From Actinomycetota bacterium (GTDB taxonomy: Bacteria; Actinomycetota; Thermoleophilia; Gaiellales; Gaiellaceae): 64,000 nt of DNA. Shown here one piece after another: positions 16,545-25,456 of the stretch. The DNA is taken from contig JBKPTS010000012.1 of assembly GCA_046735575.1 (NCBI GenBank), forward strand, positions 5,758 through 69,757. The letters are read 5' to 3'. Position 1 is the first letter of the stretch; each line of letters starts with the position of its first letter. The position numbers and the translations under genes are program-made. The notes beneath the pieces were generated by a model that had not been told where the DNA came from, did no database searches, and saw nothing but the letters and a program-made list of their open reading frames with translations.

Positions 16545-16554
16545 CGAGCCCTCG

Positions 16555-17292
16555 CTACGCGCCGAGGAGCGTCGGCTCGCGCGTCTCGGCGGCGACCTTG
16601 TCCAGGATCGCCTCGAGCAGCCGGCCGGAGGCGAGGACGTGCTCGCGGGCGAGCACGCGCGCGCCCTCGGGGCTCCGCGCGACGATGGCCTCGCGGATCG
16701 CGCGGTGCTGCAGGTCGTTCGTTCGGTAGCGCTCGTCGAGGTCGGCCCCCGTCGCCCAGACGGGCTTGACGAGGAACGTGCGCCGCGCGGCCTTCGCCAT
16801 CCGCTCGATGAGCGGCACGTCGGCGGCCGCATAGATGACATCGTGGAAGGCGTGGTTCGCGTGCAGCCACTCGCGCGCGACCTGCAGGTCCTGGCGCGCG
16901 TCGTGGCTCATCTCGATGAGCGTCATGGTGGCCTCGCCGAAGCGCCGCTCCGCCTCCTCGAGGTCGGTCATGTCCTCGTCCGTCATCTTGGGCGTGGCGA
17001 TCTCGGTCGCGAGGCTCTCGAGCTCGGCTCGGACGAGGAACGCCTCGCGCAGCTCGTCCCGCGAGAGCATGCGGACGCGCACGCCGCGGTTCGGCTCGAA
17101 GCTGACGAGGCCGAGCGCCGCGAGCCGGCGCAGCGCCTCCCGCACCGGCGTCCGCGAGACCTGAAACTGCTCGGAGAGATGCTCCTGCCGGAGCACGCTG
17201 CCGGGAGGGATCTCGCCGGAGACGATCGCCTCCTCGAGCGCGAGCGCGAGGTCGTCTGCCTTCGTTCCGTGCTCGACGCCGTGCTCGTTCAC
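16555..17292 (-). CDS. GntR-family (FadR/FCD subfamily) transcriptional regulator
   Basis: It has the wHTH segment [25 protein letters not shown] followed by an all-helical FCD-type domain. The start GTG 17292 overlaps the aceB stop (GTGA). Confidence 0.9.
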   Translation of the reverse strand: MNEHGVEHGTKADDLALALEEAIVSGEIPPGSVLRQEHLSEQFQVSRTPVREALRRLAALGLVSFEPNRGVRVRMLSRDELREAFLVRAELESLATEIATPKMTDEDMTDLEEAERRFGEATMTLIEMSHDARQDLQVAREWLHANHAFHDVIYAAADVPLIERMAKAARRTFLVKPVWATGADLDERYRTNDLQHRAIREAIVARSPEGARVLAREHVLASGRLLEAILDKVAAETREPTLLGA

Positions 17293-18854
17293 GGTGATTC
17301 GTATTCCAGGAGACGCTCGTAGGCGGGAAGCGTCAGGAACTCCTCGAACTCCCCGGCGCAGGCCACCCGCTCGAACAGCGCCCGCGCGTCCCGGACGACC
17401 GGCTCGTCCGGGAGCTCGCCCACGACCCCGGCGATCGTACCCTCCACGTCCGCCCGCTCCACGCGGCCGTGCCGCAGCCACTGCCAGATCTGCGAGCGGG
17501 AGATCTCCGCGGTGGCGGCGTCCTCCATCAGGTTGTCGATCGCCGCCGCGCCCGCGCCGGAGAGCCACGAGGCGAGGTAACGGATGCCGACGGAGACGTT
17601 CGTTCGAACGCCGTCCTCGGTTACGTCCCCGGGCGTGGCGCCGACGTCGAGCAGGTCGGACGCCGCAACGGATACGTCCTCGCGCAGGCGATCGAGCTGG
17701 TTCGGGCGCTCTCCGAGCGCCTCGTCGAAGACCTCCATCGCCGTCGGGACGAGATCGGGGTGCGCCACCCACGTCCCGTCGAAGCCGTCTCCGGACTCCC
17801 GCAGCTTGTCCTCGCGCACGCGTGCGAGCGCGACCTCGTTCACCTCCGGGTCGCGTCGGCTCGGGATGAACGCGGCCATGCCGCCGATCGCGTGTGCCCC
17901 GCGGGCGTGGCACGAGCGCACGAGGAGCTCCGTGTACGCCCGCATGAACGGCACGGTCATCGTCACCTGCACCCGGTCCGGGAGCACGAAGTCCTCGCGG
18001 TCGCGGAACTTCTTGATCGTCGAGAAGATGTAGTCCCAGCGCCCGGCGTTGAGCCCGGCGGAGTGCTCGCGCAGCTCATGGAGGATCTCCTCCATCTCGA
18101 ACGCGGCGAGGATCGTCTCGATGAGGACTGTGGCCTTGATCGTCCCCCGCGGGAGCCCGAGCCGGTCCTGGGCGAGGCAGAAGGCGTCATTCCAGAGACG
18201 AGCCTCCAGGTGGCTCTCGAGCTTCGGGAGGTAGAAGTACGGGCCGGTTCCGCGCTCGAGGAGGCGCTCGGCGTTCCGCTGCAGGTAGACGCCGAAGTCG
18301 AAGAGCGACGCCGACACCCGCCGCCCGTCGATCTCCACGTGGCGCTCGGGCAGGTGCCACCCGCGAGGTCGGACGAGCAGCACGGCCACGTCGTCCTCCA
18401 GCGAGTACCGCTTCTCGCCGGCCTCGAGCGAGATCGTGCCCTCGATCGCATCCGTGAGGTTCTCCTGGCCGCCGACGACGTTCGCCCACGTCGGCGAGTT
18501 CGCGTCCTCGAAGTCGGCCATGTAGATGCGTGCGCCGGAGTTGAGCGCATTGATGACCATCTTCCGGTCGCCCGCGGGGCCGGTGATCTCGACGCGCCGG
18601 TCCCGCAGGTCTGCGGGCACCGGCTCCACCCGCCATTCGCCCTCACGCACGGACCGCGTCTCCGGGAGGAAGTCCGGCAGCTCTCCGGCGGCGATCCGCA
18701 GCTGCCGCTCCGAGCGCCGCCCGAGCAGCTCAGCCCGCCTCCCCCCGAGCTCCCGCTCGAGCTCGGCGACGAGGTCGAGCGACTCCGGCGTGAGGATCCC
18801 GGCCTCGTCCGGCGCGCGGACCTCGACCCCGGTGACGGACGCTCTCGCGCTCAT
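17289..18854 (-). CDS. aceB: Malate synthase A
   Basis: Motifs include [34 protein letters not shown] and [13 protein letters not shown]. Similarity runs the full length of the family. Confidence 0.95.
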   Translation of the reverse strand: MSARASVTGVEVRAPDEAGILTPESLDLVAELERELGGRRAELLGRRSERQLRIAAGELPDFLPETRSVREGEWRVEPVPADLRDRRVEITGPAGDRKMVINALNSGARIYMADFEDANSPTWANVVGGQENLTDAIEGTISLEAGEKRYSLEDDVAVLLVRPRGWHLPERHVEIDGRRVSASLFDFGVYLQRNAERLLERGTGPYFYLPKLESHLEARLWNDAFCLAQDRLGLPRGTIKATVLIETILAAFEMEEILHELREHSAGLNAGRWDYIFSTIKKFRDREDFVLPDRVQVTMTVPFMRAYTELLVRSCHARGAHAIGGMAAFIPSRRDPEVNEVALARVREDKLRESGDGFDGTWVAHPDLVPTAMEVFDEALGERPNQLDRLREDVSVAASDLLDVGATPGDVTEDGVRTNVSVGIRYLASWLSGAGAAAIDNLMEDAATAEISRSQIWQWLRHGRVERADVEGTIAGVVGELPDEPVVRDARALFERVACAGEFEEFLTLPAYERLLEYESP

Positions 18855-18918
18855 ACGCGCTTCCGGCGGAGGCGAAGCCGGCGCCTCCGCTCTCGGATGA
18901 GCTCCGTCGAGCCTACGC

Positions 18919-20184
18919 TCATGACACCGCCGGCTGGAACTGCGCCTCCTCGGTCGACCCCCTGAGCGCGAGCGTCGAGCTCTCGCCTCCCGAGATCGCC
19001 TCCAGCACCGCGTCGAAGTACCCGGCGCCGACCTCGCGCTGGTGCTTCGTCGCCGTGTACCCGTGCTGCTCAAGGGCGAATTCCTGGTCCTGCAGCCGGA
19101 CGTATGCGCTCATCCCCTCGCTCGAGTAGCCCCGGGCGAGGTCGAACATCGACGCGCAGACGGCGTGGAAGCCGGCGAGGGTCACGAATTGGAATCTGTA
19201 CCCCATGTCGCCGAGCTTTTCCTGGAACGAGGCGATCGTCTCGTCGTCGAGGTGGCGTTTCCAGTTGAAGGACGGCGAGCAGTTGTACGCGAGCAGCTTG
19301 CCCGGGTAGCGCGCGTGGATCGCCTCCGCGAACGCCGCCGCACCGTCGAGGTCCGGCGTCGAGGTCTCGAACCAGAGCAGGTCGGCATACGGCGCGTACG
19401 CGAGCCCGCGGGCGATCGGGGCCTCGATCCCGTCCCGGACCCGGAAGAACCCCTCCGGCGTGCGCTCTCCGGTCAGGAACTCGTGGTCGCGCTCGTCGAC
19501 GTCGCTCGTCAGCAGCTTCGCCGAGAGCGCATCCGTTCGCGCGACGAGGACCGTCGGCACGTCGAGCACGTCCGCCGCGAGTCTTGCGGCCGCGAGCGTG
19601 CGGATGAAGTGGCCCGTGGGGACGAGCACCTTCCCGCCCAGGTGGCCGCACTTCTTCTCGGACGAGAGCTGGTCCTCGAAGTGCACGCCTGCTGCCCCGG
19701 CCTCGATCATCGCCTTCATGAGCTCGAACGCGTTCAGCGGGCCTCCGAAGCCGGCCTCGGCGTCCGCGACGATCGGAGCGAGCCAGTAGGTGCCGTTCTT
19801 CCCCTCGGCGGCCTCGATCTGATCGGCCCGCAGGAGCGCGTTGTTCAGCCGCCGGGCGAGCGCGGGAGCGCTCGAGACCGGGTACAGGCTCTGGTCGGGA
19901 TACGTGTGACCGGCGAGGTTGCCGTCGGCGGCGACCTGCCAGCCGGAGAGGTAGATCGCGTCGAGCCCGGCCTTCACCATCTGCACGGCCTGGGCGCCCG
20001 TGAGCGCGCCGAGAGCTGCGACGTACGGCTTCGAATGGAGCAGCGTCCAGAGCCGCTCGGCGCCGAGGCGCGCGACCGTGTGCTCCACGTGGAACCTCCC
20101 CCGCAGCCGCTCCACGTCCTCCTGCGTGTACGGGCGCTCGATCCCGTGCCACCTGTCGCGTGCCGCCCGCCCATCGCCTTCCAT
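18919..20184 (-). CDS. aceA: Isocitrate lyase
   Basis: Carries the signature KKCGHLGGK plus [12 protein letters not shown] and [22 protein letters not shown] sequence lies 5 nt upstream of the ATG. Confidence 0.95.
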   Translation of the reverse strand: MEGDGRAARDRWHGIERPYTQEDVERLRGRFHVEHTVARLGAERLWTLLHSKPYVAALGALTGAQAVQMVKAGLDAIYLSGWQVAADGNLAGHTYPDQSLYPVSSAPALARRLNNALLRADQIEAAEGKNGTYWLAPIVADAEAGFGGPLNAFELMKAMIEAGAAGVHFEDQLSSEKKCGHLGGKVLVPTGHFIRTLAAARLAADVLDVPTVLVARTDALSAKLLTSDVDERDHEFLTGERTPEGFFRVRDGIEAPIARGLAYAPYADLLWFETSTPDLDGAAAFAEAIHARYPGKLLAYNCSPSFNWKRHLDDETIASFQEKLGDMGYRFQFVTLAGFHAVCASMFDLARGYSSEGMSAYVRLQDQEFALEQHGYTATKHQREVGAGYFDAVLEAISGGESSTLALRGSTEEAQFQPAVS

Positions 20185-20231
20185 CCCGACCTCCCCTTGT
20201 CCGCCTTCGCTTTTGTGCCCCGTTACCTTGG

Positions 20232-20328
20232 ACTCTGGATCCTAAACACAGGATCGGCCGCGCACAAGATGGCTCGATTCCGTCCTCGGGCCGTGGATCC
20301 TGGATCCGGTTGGAGAAACTCTGGATCC
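20232..20328. promoter_or_regulatory. Cluster of four TGGATCC motifs (two within an exact 11-mer ACTCTGGATCC) plus the palindrome GATCCT-N6-AGGATC, upstream of aceA
   Basis: TGGATCC occurs at 20236, 20294, 20301 and 20322. ACTCTGGATCC occurs at 20232 and 20318, 86 bp apart. The region has non-GC3 codons in every frame, so it is non-coding. It lies between the divergent aceA and a small membrane-protein gene. Confidence 0.4.
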
Positions 20329-20379
20329 GAAGTCGGGCGGATCGCCATCCGGGAACGCCTCGGCTACGATCGACTGCCG

Positions 20380-20691
20380 ATGGTGCTCGCGGCCTTCCTC
20401 TTCGGTCTCGTGGTGTCGGCGGCGGCCACGACGGTCGCGGCGGTCCGCGGCCTGCGCCTGTGGAGGCAGACGAAGCGCACGACGCGCACCCTCACGAGCG
20501 AGCTCGCGTCCTTCGAGGCGAAGAGCGCTCGCACGGAGCAGCACCTCGCCGAGCTCGAGAGCTCGAGCACGGAGCTCGAGGCCGCGCTCGCCCGTCTCCG
20601 CGCCTCGCGAGCCCGTTTGCAGGTGCTCCAGGACGCGCTGGAGCGGGCCCAGGGACGCGTCCGCTGGCTCCGCGTCTTCGTGCCGCGGTGA
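20380..20691 (+). CDS. Hypothetical small membrane-anchored coiled-coil protein
   Basis: It has an N-terminal TM helix (MVLAAFLFGLVVSAAATTVAAV) followed by a heptad-like, Ala/Leu/Glu/Arg-rich segment. The upstream in-frame ATG 20268 was rejected on codon usage. Confidence 0.55.
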   Translation: MVLAAFLFGLVVSAAATTVAAVRGLRLWRQTKRTTRTLTSELASFEAKSARTEQHLAELESSSTELEAALARLRASRARLQVLQDALERAQGRVRWLRVFVPR

Positions 20692-21641
20692 CGCCGCCGC
20701 TGCGCGTCGCGGCCATCGATCTCGGCACCAACTCGACCCGGCTGCTGGTCGCGGACGTGGCCGGTGACGGGCTCGAGGAGGTCGTCCGCCGACTGACGAT
20801 CACGCGGCTCGGCGAGGGCGTGGACAAACGGCGGCGGCTCCTGCCCCTGCCCGTCGCCCGCGTCCGCAACTGCCTCGCCGACTACCGGCGCGAGCTCGAG
20901 GCGCTCGGCGCCGAGCGAGCCCTCGCCATCGCGACGAGCGCGGTGCGCGACGCCGAGAACGGCGAAGCGTTCCTCGGCGAGATCGAGTGGAGCTACGGCT
21001 TCACGACGCGCCTCCTCGACGGCGCGGAGGAGGCGGCGCTCATGACGAAGGGCGTGCTCGCCGGCCGCGAAGCGATCGACGACACGCTCATCGTCGACAT
21101 CGGCGGCGGCTCGACGGAGCTCGTCCTCGTCTCCGGAGGCGGCCCGAAGGCCTCGACGAGCCTCGACATCGGGTGCGTGCGCGTCACCGAGCGCTTCCTC
21201 CAGTCCGACCCGCCCTCGGGCCCGGAGCTCGCCGCGGCCGCCGCGTACGTGCGGGCGCTCCTCCCCGCCCTCGAGCCGCGACAGGCGATCGGGGTCGCCG
21301 GGACGATCACGACGCTCGCGGCGCTCGACCTCGGGCTCGACCGCTACGACCCGCTCCGGACGCACGGCCACCGCATCCGGCGAGGCTCGGTCGAGCAGCA
21401 GCTCGAGCGCCTCGCCGCGCTGACCACGGCGGAGCGCGCCGGGGTCGCGGGCATCGAGCCCGGCCGCGCGCCCGTCATCGTCGCCGGGCTCGTCGTTCTG
21501 CGCGAGGCCCTGGACGCGTACGGCCTCGACGAGATCGAGGCGAGCGAGCGCGACATCCTGGACGGCGCGGCGCTCGAGGCAGCGCAGCTGGCAGCGCCCG
21601 AGGAAGGCCCGGCCCCGCCCGGGGCCTACGCCTGCTGCTGA
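20688..21641 (+). CDS. Ppx/GppA-family phosphatase (exopolyphosphatase-like)
   Basis: Carries the ASKHA-fold motifs AAIDLGTNSTRLLV and DIGGGSTEL. The start GTG overlaps the upstream stop. Confidence 0.85.
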   Translation: MTPPLRVAAIDLGTNSTRLLVADVAGDGLEEVVRRLTITRLGEGVDKRRRLLPLPVARVRNCLADYRRELEALGAERALAIATSAVRDAENGEAFLGEIEWSYGFTTRLLDGAEEAALMTKGVLAGREAIDDTLIVDIGGGSTELVLVSGGGPKASTSLDIGCVRVTERFLQSDPPSGPELAAAAAYVRALLPALEPRQAIGVAGTITTLAALDLGLDRYDPLRTHGHRIRRGSVEQQLERLAALTTAERAGVAGIEPGRAPVIVAGLVVLREALDAYGLDEIEASERDILDGAALEAAQLAAPEEGPAPPGAYACC

Positions 21642-21642
21642 G

Positions 21643-24600
21643 CTACGCCGCCTGCGCGAGGACGGGCGACGCGCCGAGCCTCGTGAAGATCGCCTCCCCT
21701 TCGCGCAAAGCCCTGGCGTCCCCGCAGCGGCCCGCCCCGATGAGCGCGTACGCCTGCTCGATGACGCTTCCGAAGGCGTCCCAGCGCTCCGCCGCGGCAC
21801 GATAGGCGGACGCCGCCTCGTCGCCACCGCGACTCTCGGCGAACAGCGCGCGCGCCGAGAGCTGCGTACACGTGTCCCAGGCCGAAGTGTCTCCCGCGCC
21901 CTCGAGGAATGCCTCGGCGACGTCGAGACGGCCCGCAGCAACCGCGATGCGGGCCGGCCACAGGAGCCCGTACCCCCTCCACGCGAAGCTCGTCCGCGTC
22001 ACCGCCTCGAGCTCGCAGACGTATTCGAACGCGCCGTCGTCGTCGCCCGAGGCAAAAGCGACGAGCGCGGCGATGGTCACCCCCGGCACGACGACCTGCG
22101 GATCGCCGCTCTCGCGGGCTCGCGGAAGCAACACGTCCACATTGGCTCGAGCCCCCTCGACGTCGCCGCGATGGACGAGCACGCCCGCAAGATGCGTGCG
22201 CGCGAAGATCTCGACCTGGCTCCCTCCATACCGTTGCTCCCACGTCACGAGCTCGTCGGCCTCACGTCGCAGCTCGTCCCAATCGCCCAGGTGGAACAGC
22301 GCGCGCAGCCGCTCGCCGCGTTCCCAGACCTCGGCCGTCCTCAGGCCTCGGCTTTTCGAAAAGGCGATCGCCTCGTCCCACTGATGCCTGGCCTCGCGCA
22401 GCCCCACGAAGAAGCCGAGCCCATCCGCGAGGTTGTTCATCGTGACCGCGGTGCTCCGTCCGAGGCCGAGACGCTGGCCTAGCTCGATCGCCTCGCGGGC
22501 GTCGTCGAGGCATGCGGGATCACCGCGATAGCCACGGACGGTTGCGCGGGCATTCAGCAGCGCCGTGACATCCTCGACGCCGAGCTCCGCGGCCAGCGCG
22601 AATCCCCTTTCCATCAGCGACTCCGCGTCGTCGAAACGGTTTCCGATCGCGTTCCGGTGCGCGGCGCCCCCGAGAACGGCGACCAGCTCCGGTGCGCGAT
22701 TCCGCCCGAGAATCTCGATCGCCTCCGCCTCGTATTTCGCGGAGCGCTCTCTCTCGCCCTGCGCCCACGATATCGTCGCCAGGTCACTGAGCAGCAGCGC
22801 CGCGCTCCGCGGATCGCGCGAGCGCAGTTCGTGGATCGCAGCCTCGGCCGCTGTTCGGCTTTCCTCGATCTCGCCACGTAGTCCGAGCACCGGGGCGAGC
22901 TTCGCCAGCGCCTTGGCCCGAGCCGACTCGTTCGCCTCGGAGAGCTCGAGCGCGCGCCGCAAGTACGCCTCCGCAGCCTCCGTGTCGAGCTGCGTCGCAC
23001 GGTCGCCGGCGAGCAGCAGGAAGCGAACGAGGGCTGCCGCCACCTCCGGCCGCTCTTCCCCCGCCGAACGTTGGAGCTCGCGCGCCTGCCCGTAGTGGTG
23101 GACGAGGATCTCCGCGTGATCCTCGAGCCGGTCGCCCGCCGCCTGCTCGACCCAGGACGCGGCCGCGAGATGCTTCTCGGCCCGCGGCGCGCGCGGGATC
23201 TGCTGATAGGCGACGTCCCGGACGAGTGCGTGCCAGAAGGAGAACTCCTCCTCGCCCTCCATCGACGAGACGCGGAGCGGGCGGACGAACTCGCGGCGGA
23301 CGAGATCGTTGAGCTCCCGGCGCACGGCGTCTCGCTCGCGCCCTCCGACCGCCGCGACGGCGCCGCTCCAGAAGATCCGGCCGAGGACCGCGGCGTCGTG
23401 CACGAGCGCTTTCAGCTCGGGGCGCAGGGTGTCGAGACGGGCCGCGACGAGCGCCTGCACGGTCTCGGGCACAGGCAGACCTTCGATGCTCCCGCGCTCG
23501 GCGAGCATGCGAGCGAACTGCTCGGCGTAGAGCGGGTTCCCGCCCGCGCGCTCGAGGAGCGCCGACTGCGTCTCGGCGGGAAGGAGCGTCCGGTCGAGGA
23601 GCACCTGCAGGAGCCGTCCGACCTCCTCGGCCGAGAGCGGCGAGAGCGAGATCGTCGTCGCATTGCGCTTCCCGCCGCCCCAGCTCGGCTGCCGCTCGAA
23701 GAGCTCGGGTCGCGCCGTGCAGAGCACGAAGAGCGGGACGGGCGTGCTCCAGTCGAGCACGTGCTCGAGAAACTCGAGCAGCGCCTCGTCCGCCCAGTGC
23801 AGGTCCTCGACGACGAGCACAGTCGGCCGGCGAGCCGCCATCGCCTCGAGGAACCGGCGCCAGGCGGTGAACGACTCTTCCCGGCTGGCGCCGGCGCCGT
23901 CGCCCGCGGCGCCGACGAGCGGAGCGAGGCGGGAGTCGACCCACGCCCGGTCGGCCTCCTCCTCGAACAGTCCGCCGACCGTCTCGCGAAGCTTCGACTG
24001 GGCCGCCTCGCGATCGTCGGACTCGAGGATCCCGGCCTCCGCCTTCACGATCTCACCGAGCGCCCAGAACGTGATGCCCTCGCCGTACGGCAGGCAGCGC
24101 CCGTGGCGCCAGGTCACGAGGTCGGGGCGGTCGTCGAGGGCGCTGCGGAGCTCGGTGACGAGGCGGCTCTTCCCGATCCCGGGCTCGCCCACCACCGTCA
24201 CGAGCTGCACCGAGGACTCGCGCTCGGCCCGGACGAACGTCTCGTGGAGCAGCGTCCGTTCGAGCTCGCGGCCGACGAAGGGCGTCTCGGTCGCCGCCTC
24301 CGGCTGGCCCACCCGGCCTCGCGCCTCGACGGCCCGCCACGTCGAGATCGGCTCAGCCTTGCCCTTGGCCGTGACCGCCTCGAGCAGCTCGTACACGATC
24401 GCGGCGTCTGTCGTGCGCATCGTCGGCTCGTCGACGATCACGCCGCCCACGGGCGCCGCGGACTGCAGACGCGCCGCGGTGTTCACGACGTCCCCGGTGA
24501 CGATGCCCTCTCCCCGCTCCGGCCGCGCGCCGAGCGCGACGACGGCCTCACCGGTGGTGACCGCGGCTCGAACGGCGAGCTCGAGACCGGTCTCGCGGAG

Positions 24601-25008
24601 CTCCTCGATCGAGTCGAGGATGCGCAGCGCCGACCGCACCGCCCGCTCCGCGTCGTCCTCGTGCGCGACGGGCGCCCCGAACACGGCCATGACGGCGTCG
24701 CCGATGAACTTCTCCACCGTGCCGCCGAAGCGCTCGATGTCGCTCTTGACGCGCTCGTGGTAGGGACGCAGCGTGGCGCGAACGTCCTCGGGATCGGCTC
24801 GATCGGAGCGGCCCGTGAAGCCGACGAGGTCGACGAAGAGCACGGAGACGACCTTCCGCTCCTCCCCGGCCGCTGCGGGCTCGAGCTCCGCGCCGCAAGC
24901 GAGGCAGAAGCGGGCGCGCTCCGGGTTCTCCTCCCCGCACGAAGGGCAGACGATCACGGGCCGGATCTTCGCAGCGTTCACCGACACCCGTCCATGCGCA
25001 CGCCCCAC
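21643..25008 (-). CDS. Multidomain signalling protein: Zn-ribbon + class III adenylate/guanylate cyclase + AAA (AAA_16-type) ATPase + TPR
   Basis: Motifs in order are CPSCGEENPERARFCLACG, the cyclase metal-Asp motifs VLFVDLVGFT and IGDAVMAVFG plus NTAARL, the P-loop GEPGIGKSRL, and a long C-terminal helical repeat region. The start may be 25008 or one of two in-frame GTGs 21-27 nt downstream. Confidence 0.85.
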   Translation of the reverse strand: MGRAHGRVSVNAAKIRPVIVCPSCGEENPERARFCLACGAELEPAAAGEERKVVSVLFVDLVGFTGRSDRADPEDVRATLRPYHERVKSDIERFGGTVEKFIGDAVMAVFGAPVAHEDDAERAVRSALRILDSIEELRETGLELAVRAAVTTGEAVVALGARPERGEGIVTGDVVNTAARLQSAAPVGGVIVDEPTMRTTDAAIVYELLEAVTAKGKAEPISTWRAVEARGRVGQPEAATETPFVGRELERTLLHETFVRAERESSVQLVTVVGEPGIGKSRLVTELRSALDDRPDLVTWRHGRCLPYGEGITFWALGEIVKAEAGILESDDREAAQSKLRETVGGLFEEEADRAWVDSRLAPLVGAAGDGAGASREESFTAWRRFLEAMAARRPTVLVVEDLHWADEALLEFLEHVLDWSTPVPLFVLCTARPELFERQPSWGGGKRNATTISLSPLSAEEVGRLLQVLLDRTLLPAETQSALLERAGGNPLYAEQFARMLAERGSIEGLPVPETVQALVAARLDTLRPELKALVHDAAVLGRIFWSGAVAAVGGRERDAVRRELNDLVRREFVRPLRVSSMEGEEEFSFWHALVRDVAYQQIPRAPRAEKHLAAASWVEQAAGDRLEDHAEILVHHYGQARELQRSAGEERPEVAAALVRFLLLAGDRATQLDTEAAEAYLRRALELSEANESARAKALAKLAPVLGLRGEIEESRTAAEAAIHELRSRDPRSAALLLSDLATISWAQGERERSAKYEAEAIEILGRNRAPELVAVLGGAAHRNAIGNRFDDAESLMERGFALAAELGVEDVTALLNARATVRGYRGDPACLDDAREAIELGQRLGLGRSTAVTMNNLADGLGFFVGLREARHQWDEAIAFSKSRGLRTAEVWERGERLRALFHLGDWDELRREADELVTWEQRYGGSQVEIFARTHLAGVLVHRGDVEGARANVDVLLPRARESGDPQVVVPGVTIAALVAFASGDDDGAFEYVCELEAVTRTSFAWRGYGLLWPARIAVAAGRLDVAEAFLEGAGDTSAWDTCTQLSARALFAESRGGDEAASAYRAAAERWDAFGSVIEQAYALIGAGRCGDARALREGEAIFTRLGASPVLAQAA

Positions 25009-25015
25009 CCGCCTC

Positions 25016-25030
25016 GTGACACAGTGTCAC
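25016..25030. promoter_or_regulatory. Perfect 15-bp palindrome GTGACAC-A-GTGTCAC immediately upstream of the cyclase gene
   Basis: It is an exact inverted repeat centred on 25023, lying 8 nt upstream of GTG 25008 and overlapping the stop codon of the CBS gene. Its GC content is unusually low for this window. Confidence 0.35.
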
Positions 25031-25452
25031 AAGGCTCGGGCGCGCTCGTCTTCCTCCTCCTCCGGCGGCTCCTCGTCCTCGGCGAGCCTGCGCTGCAGCA
25101 CGCTGCGCGAGAGAACGCCGACGAGCCGAGCCCCGTCGTCGACCACCGGCACGCGCTCCGCGTCCTCGGCCTCGAGGAACCGGAACGCGTCCTCGAGCGG
25201 GACCTCGGCGCCGATCGTGTAGTGGGGCGGCTCGGCGATCTCGCGGAGCGTCGTCGATCGCGGGTCGAGCCCCCTCGCCACCACCTCGCGGACGAGCGTC
25301 TTCCGCGTGACCACGCCGACGAGCCGCTCGTCCTCCGTCACGAACACCGCGCGGACTTCAGGGCGCTGCAGGAGCTCGCCCGCCGCCTGCGCGGACGCAT
25401 CCACCGGCAGCTGCCCGGGGTCGCGGACCATCGCCTCGCGAACCGTGCTCAT
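25027..25452 (-). CDS. CBS-domain pair protein
   Basis: It has two CBS repeats (..VFVTEDERLVGVVTRKTLV.. and ..VPVVDDGARLVGVLSRSVL..) and an acidic C-terminal tail. Confidence 0.85.
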   Translation of the reverse strand: MSTVREAMVRDPGQLPVDASAQAAGELLQRPEVRAVFVTEDERLVGVVTRKTLVREVVARGLDPRSTTLREIAEPPHYTIGAEVPLEDAFRFLEAEDAERVPVVDDGARLVGVLSRSVLQRRLAEDEEPPEEEEDERARAL

Positions 25453-25456
25453 CGGC

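Noticed and set aside
16417-16554. A cobalamin or SAM riboswitch upstream of the MetE-like gene.
   Set aside because: The 138-bp spacer is almost entirely occupied by the inverted-repeat element, and the start codon has a -10 box 7 nt upstream. I saw no B12-box or SAM-I-like conserved segments.
20268-20379. A possible longer N-terminus (MARFRPRAVDPGSG...) for the small membrane protein.
   Set aside because: The segment is full of non-GC3 codons (GCT, CGA, CGT, CCT, GGA, AGA, TCT, GAA), unlike real genes here. It also coincides with the TGGATCC repeat cluster. It is more likely regulatory DNA, so the start was set at ATG 20380.
25016-25030. Reading the palindrome as a canonical CRP site.
   Set aside because: The half-sites GTGA/TCAC are separated by 7 nt, not the 6 nt of TGTGA-N6-TCACA, and the flanking T/A of the consensus is present on one side only. 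I kept it only as a generic operator candidate.
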